A stretch of DNA of 64,000 nt from contig CM000207.1 of NCBI GenBank assembly GCA_000002445.1, positions 1,184,001-1,248,000 on the forward strand, written 5' to 3'. The DNA comes from Trypanosoma brucei. Taxonomy: Eukaryota. Positions 1 through 9,868 of this stretch are shown here, one piece after another. The stretch's first letter is position 1. Every line of letters starts with the position of its first letter. Made by a program: the position numbers and the translations under genes. Below the pieces are notes generated by a model. The model was not told the origin of the DNA, ran no database searches, and worked only from the letters and a program-made list of their open reading frames with translations.

Positions 1-832
1 GTGGATCGAGAAATTCCAGCGCCGCCGCATCACCCAACGTTTCACTCAACAAAAACGCCTTCTCGCGGATCAGTGTCGGGCGCGGGTGGAGCGAAATCGC
101 ACTCTCCAAAAGCGGAAGGAGCTCCTTACGTAACGCCTCAATTCGCATATCATCATTACTCTCAGCGATGTATTCCTTCAAAACCTCTATATGACGCTCT
201 AAAGCAGTGATGCAGTTGCGGTTAGTTTCAAATGCCTCACTATATGCTTTCCGTGCTTCATCAGGGCAACCGGAGGCCTTGAGGGCATCACCCAACACAA
301 CATAACCCATATGAACACGGTCCCATGCGTGGTTGCATGCCAACTTAGCCGTTTCAACCGCTTCAGTAAACAATTCTGGCGTTTCTGGAGTTGCAGTTTT
401 CAGTAACAACTCCGCTTGGTACGCATATGCACGTGTTATTGGTGCAGGCACAGCGGTGGCATTGGTAGAAGCGGTTTCCTTTTTTAAAAACGCTGTTAAT
501 TCCTCCAGAGCCGCCTGAGGACCACGTTCACACTCCAATGCTTTAATTTCCATTATTTTTGCCAGTTGTTGTTGTTGAGTAATAAGATATTTCTCAGCTG
601 CAATGGAGAACTGCTCACGGGCATCCTCCAACTCTTCCAACTGCACCAAAATCTCACCTGTTGCATCCATGCAAGGCCCAACCTGAAACGGAGGTGCCGT
701 TTCTGCTTTAAAGAGGAACAAACGCATTGCACCTAAAAGATAGTCCCGATCCCATAAGTCAAACCCTTCACCAATAGGCGTTTTGGCGAAGCGTTGCACG
801 GTGGATTCGGTACGCACGCGTCCTTGTCTCAT
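1..832 (-). CDS. Partial CDS of a hypothetical alpha-helical (TPR-like) protein. The N-terminal ~277 aa are in the window and the gene runs off the left edge.
   Basis: Hand translation of the minus strand gives an open frame from ATG at 830-832 down to position 1 with no stop (MRQGRVRTESTVQRFAKTPIGEGFDLWDRDYLLGAMRLF...EFLDP). It is absent from the ORF track because it has no stop in the window. It has the same orientation as the rest of the array. Confidence 0.45.
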   Translation of the reverse strand, partial: MRQGRVRTESTVQRFAKTPIGEGFDLWDRDYLLGAMRLFLFKAETAPPFQVGPCMDATGEILVQLEELEDAREQFSIAAEKYLITQQQQLAKIMEIKALECERGPQAALEELTAFLKKETASTNATAVPAPITRAYAYQAELLLKTATPETPELFTEAVETAKLACNHAWDRVHMGYVVLGDALKASGCPDEARKAYSEAFETNRNCITALERHIEVLKEYIAESNDDMRIEALRKELLPLLESAISLHPRPTLIREKAFLLSETLGDAAALEFLDP

Positions 833-1538
833 TTTCCCACCGTTATATTTTTCGATTTTGTGTTGATGTACGTGTTTGCTGCTGGCGAATGCGTAAGTAT
901 ATGTTTTTTGGTACGTCCTCCTTCTTCCTTCTTTTTATTTTTATTTTTTATTTTTTATTTGACGTATTTTCCTCCTTCGCGTTCTCTTCGCCTGACCGAG
1001 TAGCGTCACTGAAGGGAATATTTAATAACTTTAAGCACTAAACCCTGCTTTTTCTATCTGCGCCTCTTTCCTGTGTTCTTGTAAAATTCTATTCCTGCTA
1101 ATGCAGCAAAAAGACAAAACAAGAATTACACGTAAATCGTTACACAAGAACAAATAATAAGTGTATCAGCTTCACTAACTATTGGAGTATTTGTGCGTAT
1201 ATGTGTGCGTATATAAGGCTGCTTTGTTTATTTTTTGCAGTTATGTGCTTTCCTTACCTGTTTGATCTTGCAAAATCTCCCCCTTTCTTGCGTCTGTTTA
1301 TCGTCGTTTCCTTCCTTTAAAAAATAAATAAAAATGAAAACAAAATGTGTAGATAATAAACCAGGCGGGATATATTAAAGAACCGACCAAAATAACGGAT
1401 AGGTGTCAAACAACGGAACGGTACAAATGGGATGTGTTCGCACGTGATATATAAATATAAATATAAATATATATATAAATATATATATAACTACTTTTAG
1501 TGGCAAAACACGAGCACTCAACAAACCTTTAATGCAAT

Positions 1539-1583
1539 ACACATACATACATACATACATACATACACAGACAGACAGACAGG
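1539..1583. repeat. Microsatellite (ACAT)n followed by (ACAG)n
   Basis: Direct reading: acatacatacatacatacatacatacacagacagacagacagg. Confidence 0.9.
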
Positions 1584-3018
1584 TAGGCAAAAACAATACA
1601 CGGTTATTTCTATATGTGTATATGTACATATTATATGATGAAATATAAGTATAATTTCACTCAATCACATAAATATGTACGTGTGTGCGCAAACTTCCTT
1701 CATTTTTTCCCCCCTCTTCCATTTGAATCCGTTTCATGCCTTCAGTCAATGATATAAAACTATAAACACCACATCAGTTGGTGAGTTTCCACCAAATATA
1801 CGTCACATGTTTCATTTCACGCATAATTTCTCCTCATTCCACTCCCCTCCCCCCTCGCCCCCCCCTCCACTTCCTCCTTTCGGGTTTTTATTTCCTTTTG
1901 CAATTCAAAATCATACAAACGTTTTTTTGTGTGTGTGTTTGTTCACTTCAAAGGTTGAAAGATTAAACAAATATGGCGAAGGGACGCCATTTCATTTCAC
2001 CTAAGTTGCGTTAAAAATCAACTACGCATTTGTATTTGTGTTTGTAGGCGCGTGTGTAATTGCGTGATCAATTCATATCATATTTTCCATTATTAATAAT
2101 GGAATGTAAGAAGCTCACAACCCATAAACACAAACACACACACAAAAAAAAGAGTAGAGGTGAACAAACATCATGGCAGCAACAACTAGAAACAACAAAA
2201 AAACAAAAAAGATAAGAATTACAGTTTAAAGAAGGAAAAGTAAAACAAAAATATAACAATGACATCACAATACCAACATCAACAGCAACATCATTATTCC
2301 TCACTCTCATCACCACGACAACAGCGACAAAGTAACTAAAAACAACAAGCAAACAAACACACAAAAAAACAAAAACGGATACACTCCAGTAAAAATAAAA
2401 ACAAAAAAGATTTCCTCCCCCCCTTTTTTTCTTTCATTTCACCACCATCCAGTGATAATGTTAATAATGTTAATCATAATCATAATCATAACACCCGAGT
2501 CAAGTTTACCTCCTCACGTCACACTTTCCATACGAATTAATTTGGAAACAACACTCAACCGAGGGGGAAAGGGGGCTTTTTTTTTTCAAAAAAAAAAAAA
2601 GGAAGAAATTATAAATAAATAAATACATACATAAACGGCACTTAACGAAGTCAGTCAGAAGAAAAAACAAAACAAAACAAACAAACAAACGTAAAACGAA
2701 AACATGTACATTTAAGGTTGAAATATGAAAAAAAAAAGGGTAAGGAGAACAAAAAAAAAAGAATACAAAATCAAAGAGAGGAAAACTTCTTTTTTTTTTT
2801 TTTTGGGAGGGTGCTGGTGTTGTTATTGAGAGGGGGGGGGGGTATATATATATTTTTTTCCTTTTGATAGATGCCTCAGAAACTAAGAAAAGAAAAAGAG
2901 CGGGATAGACAGAGAATAAGCGACAGAGGTAGAAAAAAAAAAAAGAAAAAAAAAAGAACATAAAACATAAAACATAACAGAAAAAAGTATGGAGACCATA
3001 CACACACAAAAAAAAATA

Positions 3019-3041
3019 CATATATATATATATATATATAT
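3019..3041. repeat. (TA)n microsatellite
   Basis: Direct reading of a tatatata... run. Similar (TA)n runs lie at ~3346-3366, 3464-3497, 24645-24667 and 40490-40507. Confidence 0.9.
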
Positions 3042-3206
3042 GCACGTTAAAGCTCGCTGTACGGTAATCACGTACCTGAAACAAGAGCATTAGACGATAC
3101 CCATCACAGGCGCAAAAATTAAAAAAACAAAACAAATAAATATGAAGAATACGTTAAAGACAGCAGCCATACCTCCCGTTACGTTTAAGGATTTTGGTTG
3201 CTTTGT

Positions 3207-3230
3207 GTTGTTGTTGTTGTTGTTGTTGTT
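3207..3230. repeat. (GTT)8 microsatellite
   Basis: Direct reading: gttgttgttgttgttgttgttgtt. Confidence 0.9.
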
Positions 3231-3460
3231 TCTCCCTTCTTTCTTACCCCATTGCCCATTACCTCTTTCCCTCTTTCTCTTTTTTCCACCCCCCCCCCCC
3301 ACTTACCTCCCTTTTATCACTTATGCACTCGCATAAATAAATAAATATATATATATATATATATATGTACTCCTCCGCTTCGGAGTGATGGAACAAAAGG
3401 ATGACGTTTGGTAAAATAATACATATATTTATAAGAATACTACAACTGGATATGTATATA

Positions 3461-3463
<3 letters not shown>

Positions 3464-3497
<34 letters not shown>
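3464..3497. repeat. (TA)n microsatellite
   Basis: Direct reading. Confidence 0.9.
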
Positions 3498-3500
<3 letters not shown>

Positions 3501-4156
3501 CTTTTTTTTAAAAAAAACTAATAAATCAGTATAAATAATGACGTCATCATGACCAAAATACACGTTTTCCTTTTCTCTCCCCTTCATATGCACATAAATA
3601 TGCGTAACTGAAGAGGTGGAGTTCCGGTACTGAGAGTTAATGAAAACTAATTCCTTCTCATTTGTCATGACAGTTCCTCCTCCTCTCAGGGACTACACTC
3701 TTCCTATTGTCATCCTCCTCAAACTCGTAAAAAGGAAAAAAAAAGAAAAAAATGATAACAACGACCCGCCCCCCCCCAAAAAAAAGAAAATGATTGTATC
3801 AACAATATTTACACTACCAATGGGATGATTCCTTACGCGTATAAACAGAGATATTTTCTTTGATTCGCTTACCTACTCCACACACACACACTCACACTCA
3901 CACACACTGTCATATCTGTGCGTCTCAGGCATAACAAACTCCTAACTTTGAACGTATGCAACTTCCCCTTCCTTTCCTTCAATTTGTCGCTATGGCTGAG
4001 GAAATAACCCCTTCCATTCCCTTGTCGTGCTTTAAAATTCTTTTCCTAATCATTTTATTGACATGAAGCACCTTTAGCATTTTGGAGCAGCCACCAGCGC
4101 AGTCGCGTGTGCTGCGTGAGGCTCATTCGTTCATCATATTAACCTTCATAAACCAT

Positions 4157-6727
4157 TTAGGAAAAAGAGGAACCAACTAACTCTTCCACTAGTCCTTGAA
4201 CGGGGACCCATTTCTGGTGAAGTACCTCCTCCACTGGAATGGAGTTGTTGGGAAATCGAGGGAAGTTCTCAAAAACCACATTGTCACCACTAATATATTT
4301 GAAGTCGACACCAGCACCACACCCATCCTCGTAAGCGAGAGGTTCCGAGCAACGAACACCGAGAACCACCGGAATCTCTGCTACGCCTCCTTCACCACCC
4401 GTTTTATTAGCCTTTTTTTTCTTCACAACATTGGCGAAATGTGAGGGGTTAACTTTATCCCTTAGATGCGTAAACCACGCTTTGCTGCCGCTCATGGTGT
4501 CCTCCAACTCCGCCATACGGGGAATGACGAGGTAAGGTGATTGTTCTGGTGTCAAATGACAAAACATTCCAATCTCCCGTGCCCTCACAAAGGTCCACTC
4601 TTCTGCTGATGGCTCTGCAGCGTTCATGGTGGTGTTTAGAATTACTCGATGCCTTCCATCTTCTTGCCCAGCTGCAGAGGATAAAGAAATCATCATTGGT
4701 GGATAATTATACTGATCGGCACCGGTGTTGGCATCATCTGATAAAACTCGATAGTCAACAGTAGAGAGAATAAAACAAACTCGCATGGGTTTAACCACAC
4801 TCACTTCTAGAGCAAGAGAAGGTCTGCAGTCGTTGAACACGAGTGGCACCCGATAATCATAACCGGCCTCGTAGAAATGAACACCACCACCGTTGAAATA
4901 TTTGAGTGCAGTCCGCCAGTCCATCCACACGTCAGTTTCTTCGTGCTGCTGATAGTTACATGCCTCAGCGATATCCGGATATTTGCTCCACTCACTGCTT
5001 CCCACAGACCACGGACCTTTCCAATTTGCACATTTTCCCCACACGTTTCGAACCCTCACAAGTTGTAAATCGAGAGCTTGGGTAAATCCATGCACTGCTC
5101 TGACCGTGTAGGCATAACCAGGGACGAGGCCCGTTTCATCCATTAAACTTTTTGCATCAGTGCGGTTGCTTTGGGGGGTTGTAGCTTCATTTTTATCCGT
5201 TACAACGGCGCGGGAACCTCCGGCTGTGGTTAGTATAATCTGGTATCCACTTTTGTGGCAGCGTTGCAGTAGCTCGAACAGTTTCTTCCCACCATCGCGG
5301 AATGTAGTGGCAAACTCCTCATCGAGCCGCATGGTGGGGCATCCGCTCATGTCTGTGAGTGCATGAACAGGATCCCCAGAGCGTATCTTAGCATAGCAGC
5401 CGTGTAACTTTGCATATGCCTTCTCAAGGATGGCAGGCCACAACTCACAGGGGTCAGTGCTTCTACCGAACCTTGGCACCCCTGCAACAGACGGGAGGTA
5501 ATCGTCCACAATAACGCTGTTCCACAAACCATTTTTATTAACCGTCAGACGGTATCCCCCAACCGCACGCTCATCTCTCGCCCTCGCCGCACTGAAAGGG
5601 TGCCGAAACATGCGCACGAGTTCTTCAGGCATCTCAGCCATTGTCGCTATGGCACACATGAGCCAACAGTCACCAAGTTCACCATGCCGCACATCACCTG
5701 GAATAATGGGGTTGCGAAACAGTCGAATCTGATCCACCATCCATGGGTTGACGTACATGCGCGGGCGTGACCAGGGAAGGGGACGTAAATCCTTGTGGTT
5801 ATTGTTGGAGATGGATGACTGCTGTGGCAAAAATTCTAAATCAACAAATGGTGTGTTATACTTCACGCATGTTGCCAAAACCTTCGCCGCATCACATTGG
5901 TTTCCAACATGCTCCTTCACTCCCATTAGCTCCACCTCGATTACGTTTCGGTAGTTAGTATCACGCCGCTCGCATAAATATGTATCAGAAAGAGGTATGG
6001 CACTGAACTTGCTATTGAAACCATTTATAAGACCCTTAACAAATAACTCCGTCTCTGTGGGATAAACGACGACCTCCGCTACTGTAACGCCATCCTCATC
6101 GGTCCTTAATTTAGTTTTCCCCAATGCCTCCATATTTGAGTACTTGCTGAACGAACACGAAACAAGCACTTCAAAGTCGAGTGTGTCATTATAAAATGCC
6201 CAAATCTTCTCCTGCCGATCAACTATGCGGTAGAGAATCCCGGGTTCCTGAAAACACGATATGATTTCGCCCTTTAGGGTTGGCGTACCATTCACAAATT
6301 CGACTTCAGGCGATTCCTCCGCCACGCTACTGAAAACCGGATCCCGCAACGTTGCAACATCAAATTCATCCTCTTCGTCACCGTAAAGCGGTGGAAGAGC
6401 AAATGGCTCCCACCCCACTGGTTGCTGTTGTGGAATTTTTTTACGCTTCACAACGTAATCGCGATATGACATCGATGTCTGCGCGCCAGCCCCAGTGCCT
6501 AATGATTGATGGAGTAAGTCCTGTTCAACTCCATTAGCACATCCATCATTATGGGAAGTGTCATCTGTAGGTTTTTTTTCCATTGTTGAATCGGCATCTG
6601 AAGAATCAGAGAAGGCGCTTTCTTTGGCTGCGCTCAACAGTTCTGTGGGCGGGTCGGAAATATCAGCTGCACTGCAACGGCCATTTTCAGGGCTTATATC
6701 TTCTCCATCTGCTGATGCCTGCATCAT
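4157..6727 (-). CDS. Calpain-like cysteine peptidase (kinetoplastid calpain-like protein), 856 aa. The catalytic Cys and Asn are present but the catalytic His is replaced by Tyr.
   Basis: ATG ATG at 6722-6727 (minus). The calpain catalytic-domain motif 'GELGDCWLMCAIATMAE' (Cys ~aa354) matches QGxLGDCWLL. 'GLVPGYAYTV' aligns to the canonical 'GLVKGHAYSV' with His->Tyr at ~aa538 (codon 5114-5116). 'LVRVRNVWG...SSEW' aligns to 'LVRLRNPWG...SEW' with Asn retained. Confidence 0.8.
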   Translation of the reverse strand: MMQASADGEDISPENGRCSAADISDPPTELLSAAKESAFSDSSDADSTMEKKPTDDTSHNDGCANGVEQDLLHQSLGTGAGAQTSMSYRDYVVKRKKIPQQQPVGWEPFALPPLYGDEEDEFDVATLRDPVFSSVAEESPEVEFVNGTPTLKGEIISCFQEPGILYRIVDRQEKIWAFYNDTLDFEVLVSCSFSKYSNMEALGKTKLRTDEDGVTVAEVVVYPTETELFVKGLINGFNSKFSAIPLSDTYLCERRDTNYRNVIEVELMGVKEHVGNQCDAAKVLATCVKYNTPFVDLEFLPQQSSISNNNHKDLRPLPWSRPRMYVNPWMVDQIRLFRNPIIPGDVRHGELGDCWLMCAIATMAEMPEELVRMFRHPFSAARARDERAVGGYRLTVNKNGLWNSVIVDDYLPSVAGVPRFGRSTDPCELWPAILEKAYAKLHGCYAKIRSGDPVHALTDMSGCPTMRLDEEFATTFRDGGKKLFELLQRCHKSGYQIILTTAGGSRAVVTDKNEATTPQSNRTDAKSLMDETGLVPGYAYTVRAVHGFTQALDLQLVRVRNVWGKCANWKGPWSVGSSEWSKYPDIAEACNYQQHEETDVWMDWRTALKYFNGGGVHFYEAGYDYRVPLVFNDCRPSLALEVSVVKPMRVCFILSTVDYRVLSDDANTGADQYNYPPMMISLSSAAGQEDGRHRVILNTTMNAAEPSAEEWTFVRAREIGMFCHLTPEQSPYLVIPRMAELEDTMSGSKAWFTHLRDKVNPSHFANVVKKKKANKTGGEGGVAEIPVVLGVRCSEPLAYEDGCGAGVDFKYISGDNVVFENFPRFPNNSIPVEEVLHQKWVPVQGLVEELVGSSFS

Positions 6728-6900
6728 TCTTTTTTTTCTTTTCCTTTCCTTTGCTTTGCTTTGATTTCAATTTAACTTTACTTCGCAAACAGAAACCCTC
6801 TCCTTCACTTCCTCTATGGGTCTTTTTGTTATCTTCTGGTATTGTTTTACCTCTTGTCCTACCTTTCAAACACTCAAAAGAGTGGGACCTTTGCGGGAAG

Positions 6901-6995
6901 GGAAAGAAAGAATATCAGTGAAGGAAAAGAAAAAAAAACACACAAGAGTAAAGCAAAGTACATAAAAATGAAAAAAATAATTGCGAAAAGAAGTG
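6901..6995 (-). promoter_or_regulatory. Polypyrimidine tract on the minus sense strand upstream of the calpain-like gene, a candidate trans-splicing/polyadenylation signal.
   Basis: The plus strand is almost pure purine (ggaaagaaagaa...aaaaaaaaacacacaagag...) ~175-270 nt upstream of the ATG at 6727. In trypanosomatids such tracts guide SL trans-splicing (established knowledge). Confidence 0.5.
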
Positions 6996-7366
6996 TTCCA
7001 TCCTCTCACACACACTCACGGTTTTTCTCTCACATTCCCCTCCAATCCTTTCTCAGTGGATTATTATTATTATTTTTTTTTGGAGGGGATGCAAAAATTC
7101 TAAAAGATTAGCTTAACAGCCATTGGATACAATAACACTCCTCTCATATAATCGAGAGAACGTCTGTGTGATCTTAAATACATTTGGTGAAAAAGGTTTG
7201 AATATTTATTGTTTTTTTTAATAAAAAAAAACGGAAAAAACTAACAAACAAACAAAATGTCTACTGCCTTATTTTCTCATCTCACTCTCAATTACATGGA
7301 GACCCATTTAATTTTTCCCCTTCATTTGTGATGTGACGCTCGAGGGGGGGGGGGGGAATGGCGGTT

Positions 7367-7407
7367 TTTCACAACCTTTTTTTGTTTTGTTTTTGTTTTT
7401 GTTTTTG
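7367..7407. repeat. (TTTTG)n low-complexity repeat
   Basis: Direct reading: tttttgttttgtttttgtttttgtttttgtttttttt. Confidence 0.85.
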
Positions 7408-8063
7408 TTTTTTTTATATTTTTTGAGGGGTGTGGTGGAAAGTGGTGAAAGGAGGTTTGCGGAGGTCCTCTGTTTTACCCGCTGCTTTAACTGGCGGATT
7501 GCTTGAGCTGAGGCACGCCAACACAACGCAACCACGAGAGTCTCCACCTCCTGTGTAAACAAAAAAAAAAGTAAAAAAAAACGTATCCATCGAAGAGTGA
7601 AGCCGAAAAAAAAAAAAGGGAGGGCTCAAAAGAATCGGTGGATACAAATAGGGGGGAAGGCAGGAGGGAAGGGACATCATAAAAGAAAAATACAAATAAA
7701 TACAAGAGAAGTGAAGTAAAGTGAAGGAGTTATATTGGGTTGCTCACAATCGTGACTTCAACCAAAATAAAAAAAAACCAACAAAAATGGCATTGTAGCG
7801 GTGGATGCACCGGTGAAAATAGTGGTAGTAATAATAATAATAATAACGGTGGAACAACGATAACGAAAAAAAACGACAACACAAGAAGCTTTGCTCACAT
7901 TTTCCTACATCAAAACTTCTTCATTTTATACACATCTAAACAAAAACTCTCCACCTCTCCCATTTCTTCCCTAACACCTGCTCACTGACTCACTGAAATT
8001 TTCACCGACATGCCCCTCGCGTCACATCCACAAAAATAACTTCAACAAGGACTACAAGGAACT

Positions 8064-9479
8064 TTATTTAGCACTGAAGCGAGGAACGTACCCTACGTAG
8101 GTGAAGGGAGTTATTGCGAGCAATTCGGCCCGTACATCGTCTGATATATCGGTGAGGCCATTGATGAAATTGCGTACCTGTTCCTCTGTTACGTCAGTGT
8201 TGCCTTGCGTCAACTTTTTAAGGGTTTCGTACGGCTTTGGGTAACACTCCCGACGCAGAACTGTTTGAATGCCCTCGGCTACAACTGCCCAGTTGGATGA
8301 CAACTCTCTACTGATAGTCTCCCGTGAAATCATTAACTTCTCCAGTCCTTGAGAAATTGAAGCAAACGCAACACATGCATGACCAATAGGAACACCGAGG
8401 TTCCGTAAAACTGTGCTGTCCGTAAGATCACGCTGCAGACGCGAAATGGGAAGCTTTGATGCAAAGAAGTTCAGCAGAGCGTTGCTCAACGCGAGGTTTC
8501 CTTCAGCATTTTCAAAGTCGATGGGATTCACTTTATGGGGCATCGTGCTGCTCCCCACTTCTCCTTCCTTCACCTTCTGCTTGAAGAATCCCATAGAGAT
8601 GTACTGCCATACATCACGGCACATATCAATGAGAATAACGTGCAAACGGGCGCATGCATCGCACAGCGCGGCCAAATGGTCATAATTCTCAATTTGCGTG
8701 GTGGCTTGCTGTCGTTTCAGTCCGAGATATTTGGCCAGAAACATATCAGCAAAGGCGCGCCAGTTCACTGATGGATATGCCACTAGGTGAGCGTTGAAGT
8801 TTCCGGTGGCACCTCCAAATTTTCCAGTCGTGGGTACTTCACACAGTTGTCGCCGTTGCTCGCGTAGCCGCTCTATCCAAACCACAAACTCCTTCGCGAG
8901 GTTTGTTGGCGAAGCGGGTTGACCATGCGTCCGAGCGAGCATCGGTACATCCCAATCAACAAGCTTTGAGGTAAGTGAGCCAATGATCCCATCGAGTGCA
9001 GGGAGGTACAAGGTTACAATAGCATCACGAATCATCATTGGAATCGCCGTATTGTTTATGTCCTGTGATGTCAAACCGAAGTGCACAAACTCAGTGACGT
9101 GACTAAGTCCACAAGTATCCATACGTTCCTTGATAAAGTACTCCACGGCTTTGATATCATGGTTGGTTACGCGCTCCAACCTCTTGATTTCCTCTGCACT
9201 ACTAACAGAAAAGCAATCCAGTGTGATTTTGCGCAGCTTCTGCAGCTGCTCATCAGTCACACTTCGTAATGGAACAATGGTGGGCACATCCTTACAGAGC
9301 GCCGTGAAGTATTCAACTTCCACCAACACCCGGTATCTAAAGAACCCATACTCAGAAAAGAAGGCCCGTAGCGCCTTCGTTTGACGTTTGTATCTACCGT
9401 CCAGTGGCGAGAGAGCGAAGAGGGGATTATCCACAGAATAATCCACACCGTTTAAGTCGGATGGTGAACCCTTCTCCAT
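8064..9479 (-). CDS. ADSL: Adenylosuccinate lyase (purine salvage; fumarate-lyase superfamily), 471 aa
   Basis: ATG at 9477-9479 (minus). N-terminal 'LSPLDGRYK' and the fumarate-lyase signature 'SSTMPHKVNPIDFENAEGN' (S-x-x-M-P-x-K-x-N) are present, and the length is typical of eukaryotic ADSL. Confidence 0.9.
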   Translation of the reverse strand: MEKGSPSDLNGVDYSVDNPLFALSPLDGRYKRQTKALRAFFSEYGFFRYRVLVEVEYFTALCKDVPTIVPLRSVTDEQLQKLRKITLDCFSVSSAEEIKRLERVTNHDIKAVEYFIKERMDTCGLSHVTEFVHFGLTSQDINNTAIPMMIRDAIVTLYLPALDGIIGSLTSKLVDWDVPMLARTHGQPASPTNLAKEFVVWIERLREQRRQLCEVPTTGKFGGATGNFNAHLVAYPSVNWRAFADMFLAKYLGLKRQQATTQIENYDHLAALCDACARLHVILIDMCRDVWQYISMGFFKQKVKEGEVGSSTMPHKVNPIDFENAEGNLALSNALLNFFASKLPISRLQRDLTDSTVLRNLGVPIGHACVAFASISQGLEKLMISRETISRELSSNWAVVAEGIQTVLRRECYPKPYETLKKLTQGNTDVTEEQVRNFINGLTDISDDVRAELLAITPFTYVGYVPRFSAK

Positions 9480-9636
9480 CCTTTCTTTTTGTTTTTTGTG
9501 TTACCCTTAACCACAGTAAGAATATATAAAGTAAAAGGAGTTGTACCCTAACTAAAAGTTCCTTTACACGTTTGTTACTATCGTGGCCCAAACGAAGCAC
9601 GAAAGGTTATCAGTGAAAGTGAAAAAGAAAAGATGA

Positions 9637-9654
9637 AAGAGAGAGAGAGAGAGG
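9637..9654 (-). promoter_or_regulatory. (CT)n polypyrimidine tract on the sense strand upstream of ADSL
   Basis: Plus strand (GA)9 'gagagagagagagagagg' ~160-175 nt upstream of the ADSL ATG. Confidence 0.5.
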
Positions 9655-9868
9655 GTCATAGAAAATGTATGTGAGCAGTCGAGGATGGTCGCGTTAGTCA
9701 TGTGTTGCGGCCGCTGCACTTGTGCCACAAAACCACAAGCTGGGCAAAAGAGAAAAAAAAAGAAGTGATTCACTGAATACAGTGAAGCAACAGCTACGCT
9801 AATGCAACTGGCTTTTTTTTGTATTCAATCTCACTTCTTCCCCCCCCTCCACTACATCGTGGAGTCAA

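Noticed and set aside
2506-3135. 209-aa minus ORF, as well as 17851..18324 (157 aa) and 2068..2364, in the long intergenic regions
   Set aside because: The translations are pure low complexity (poly-F, poly-K, FFFF, CCCCC, HTHTHT) and are produced by homopolymer and microsatellite DNA. The frames begin at non-ATG codons.
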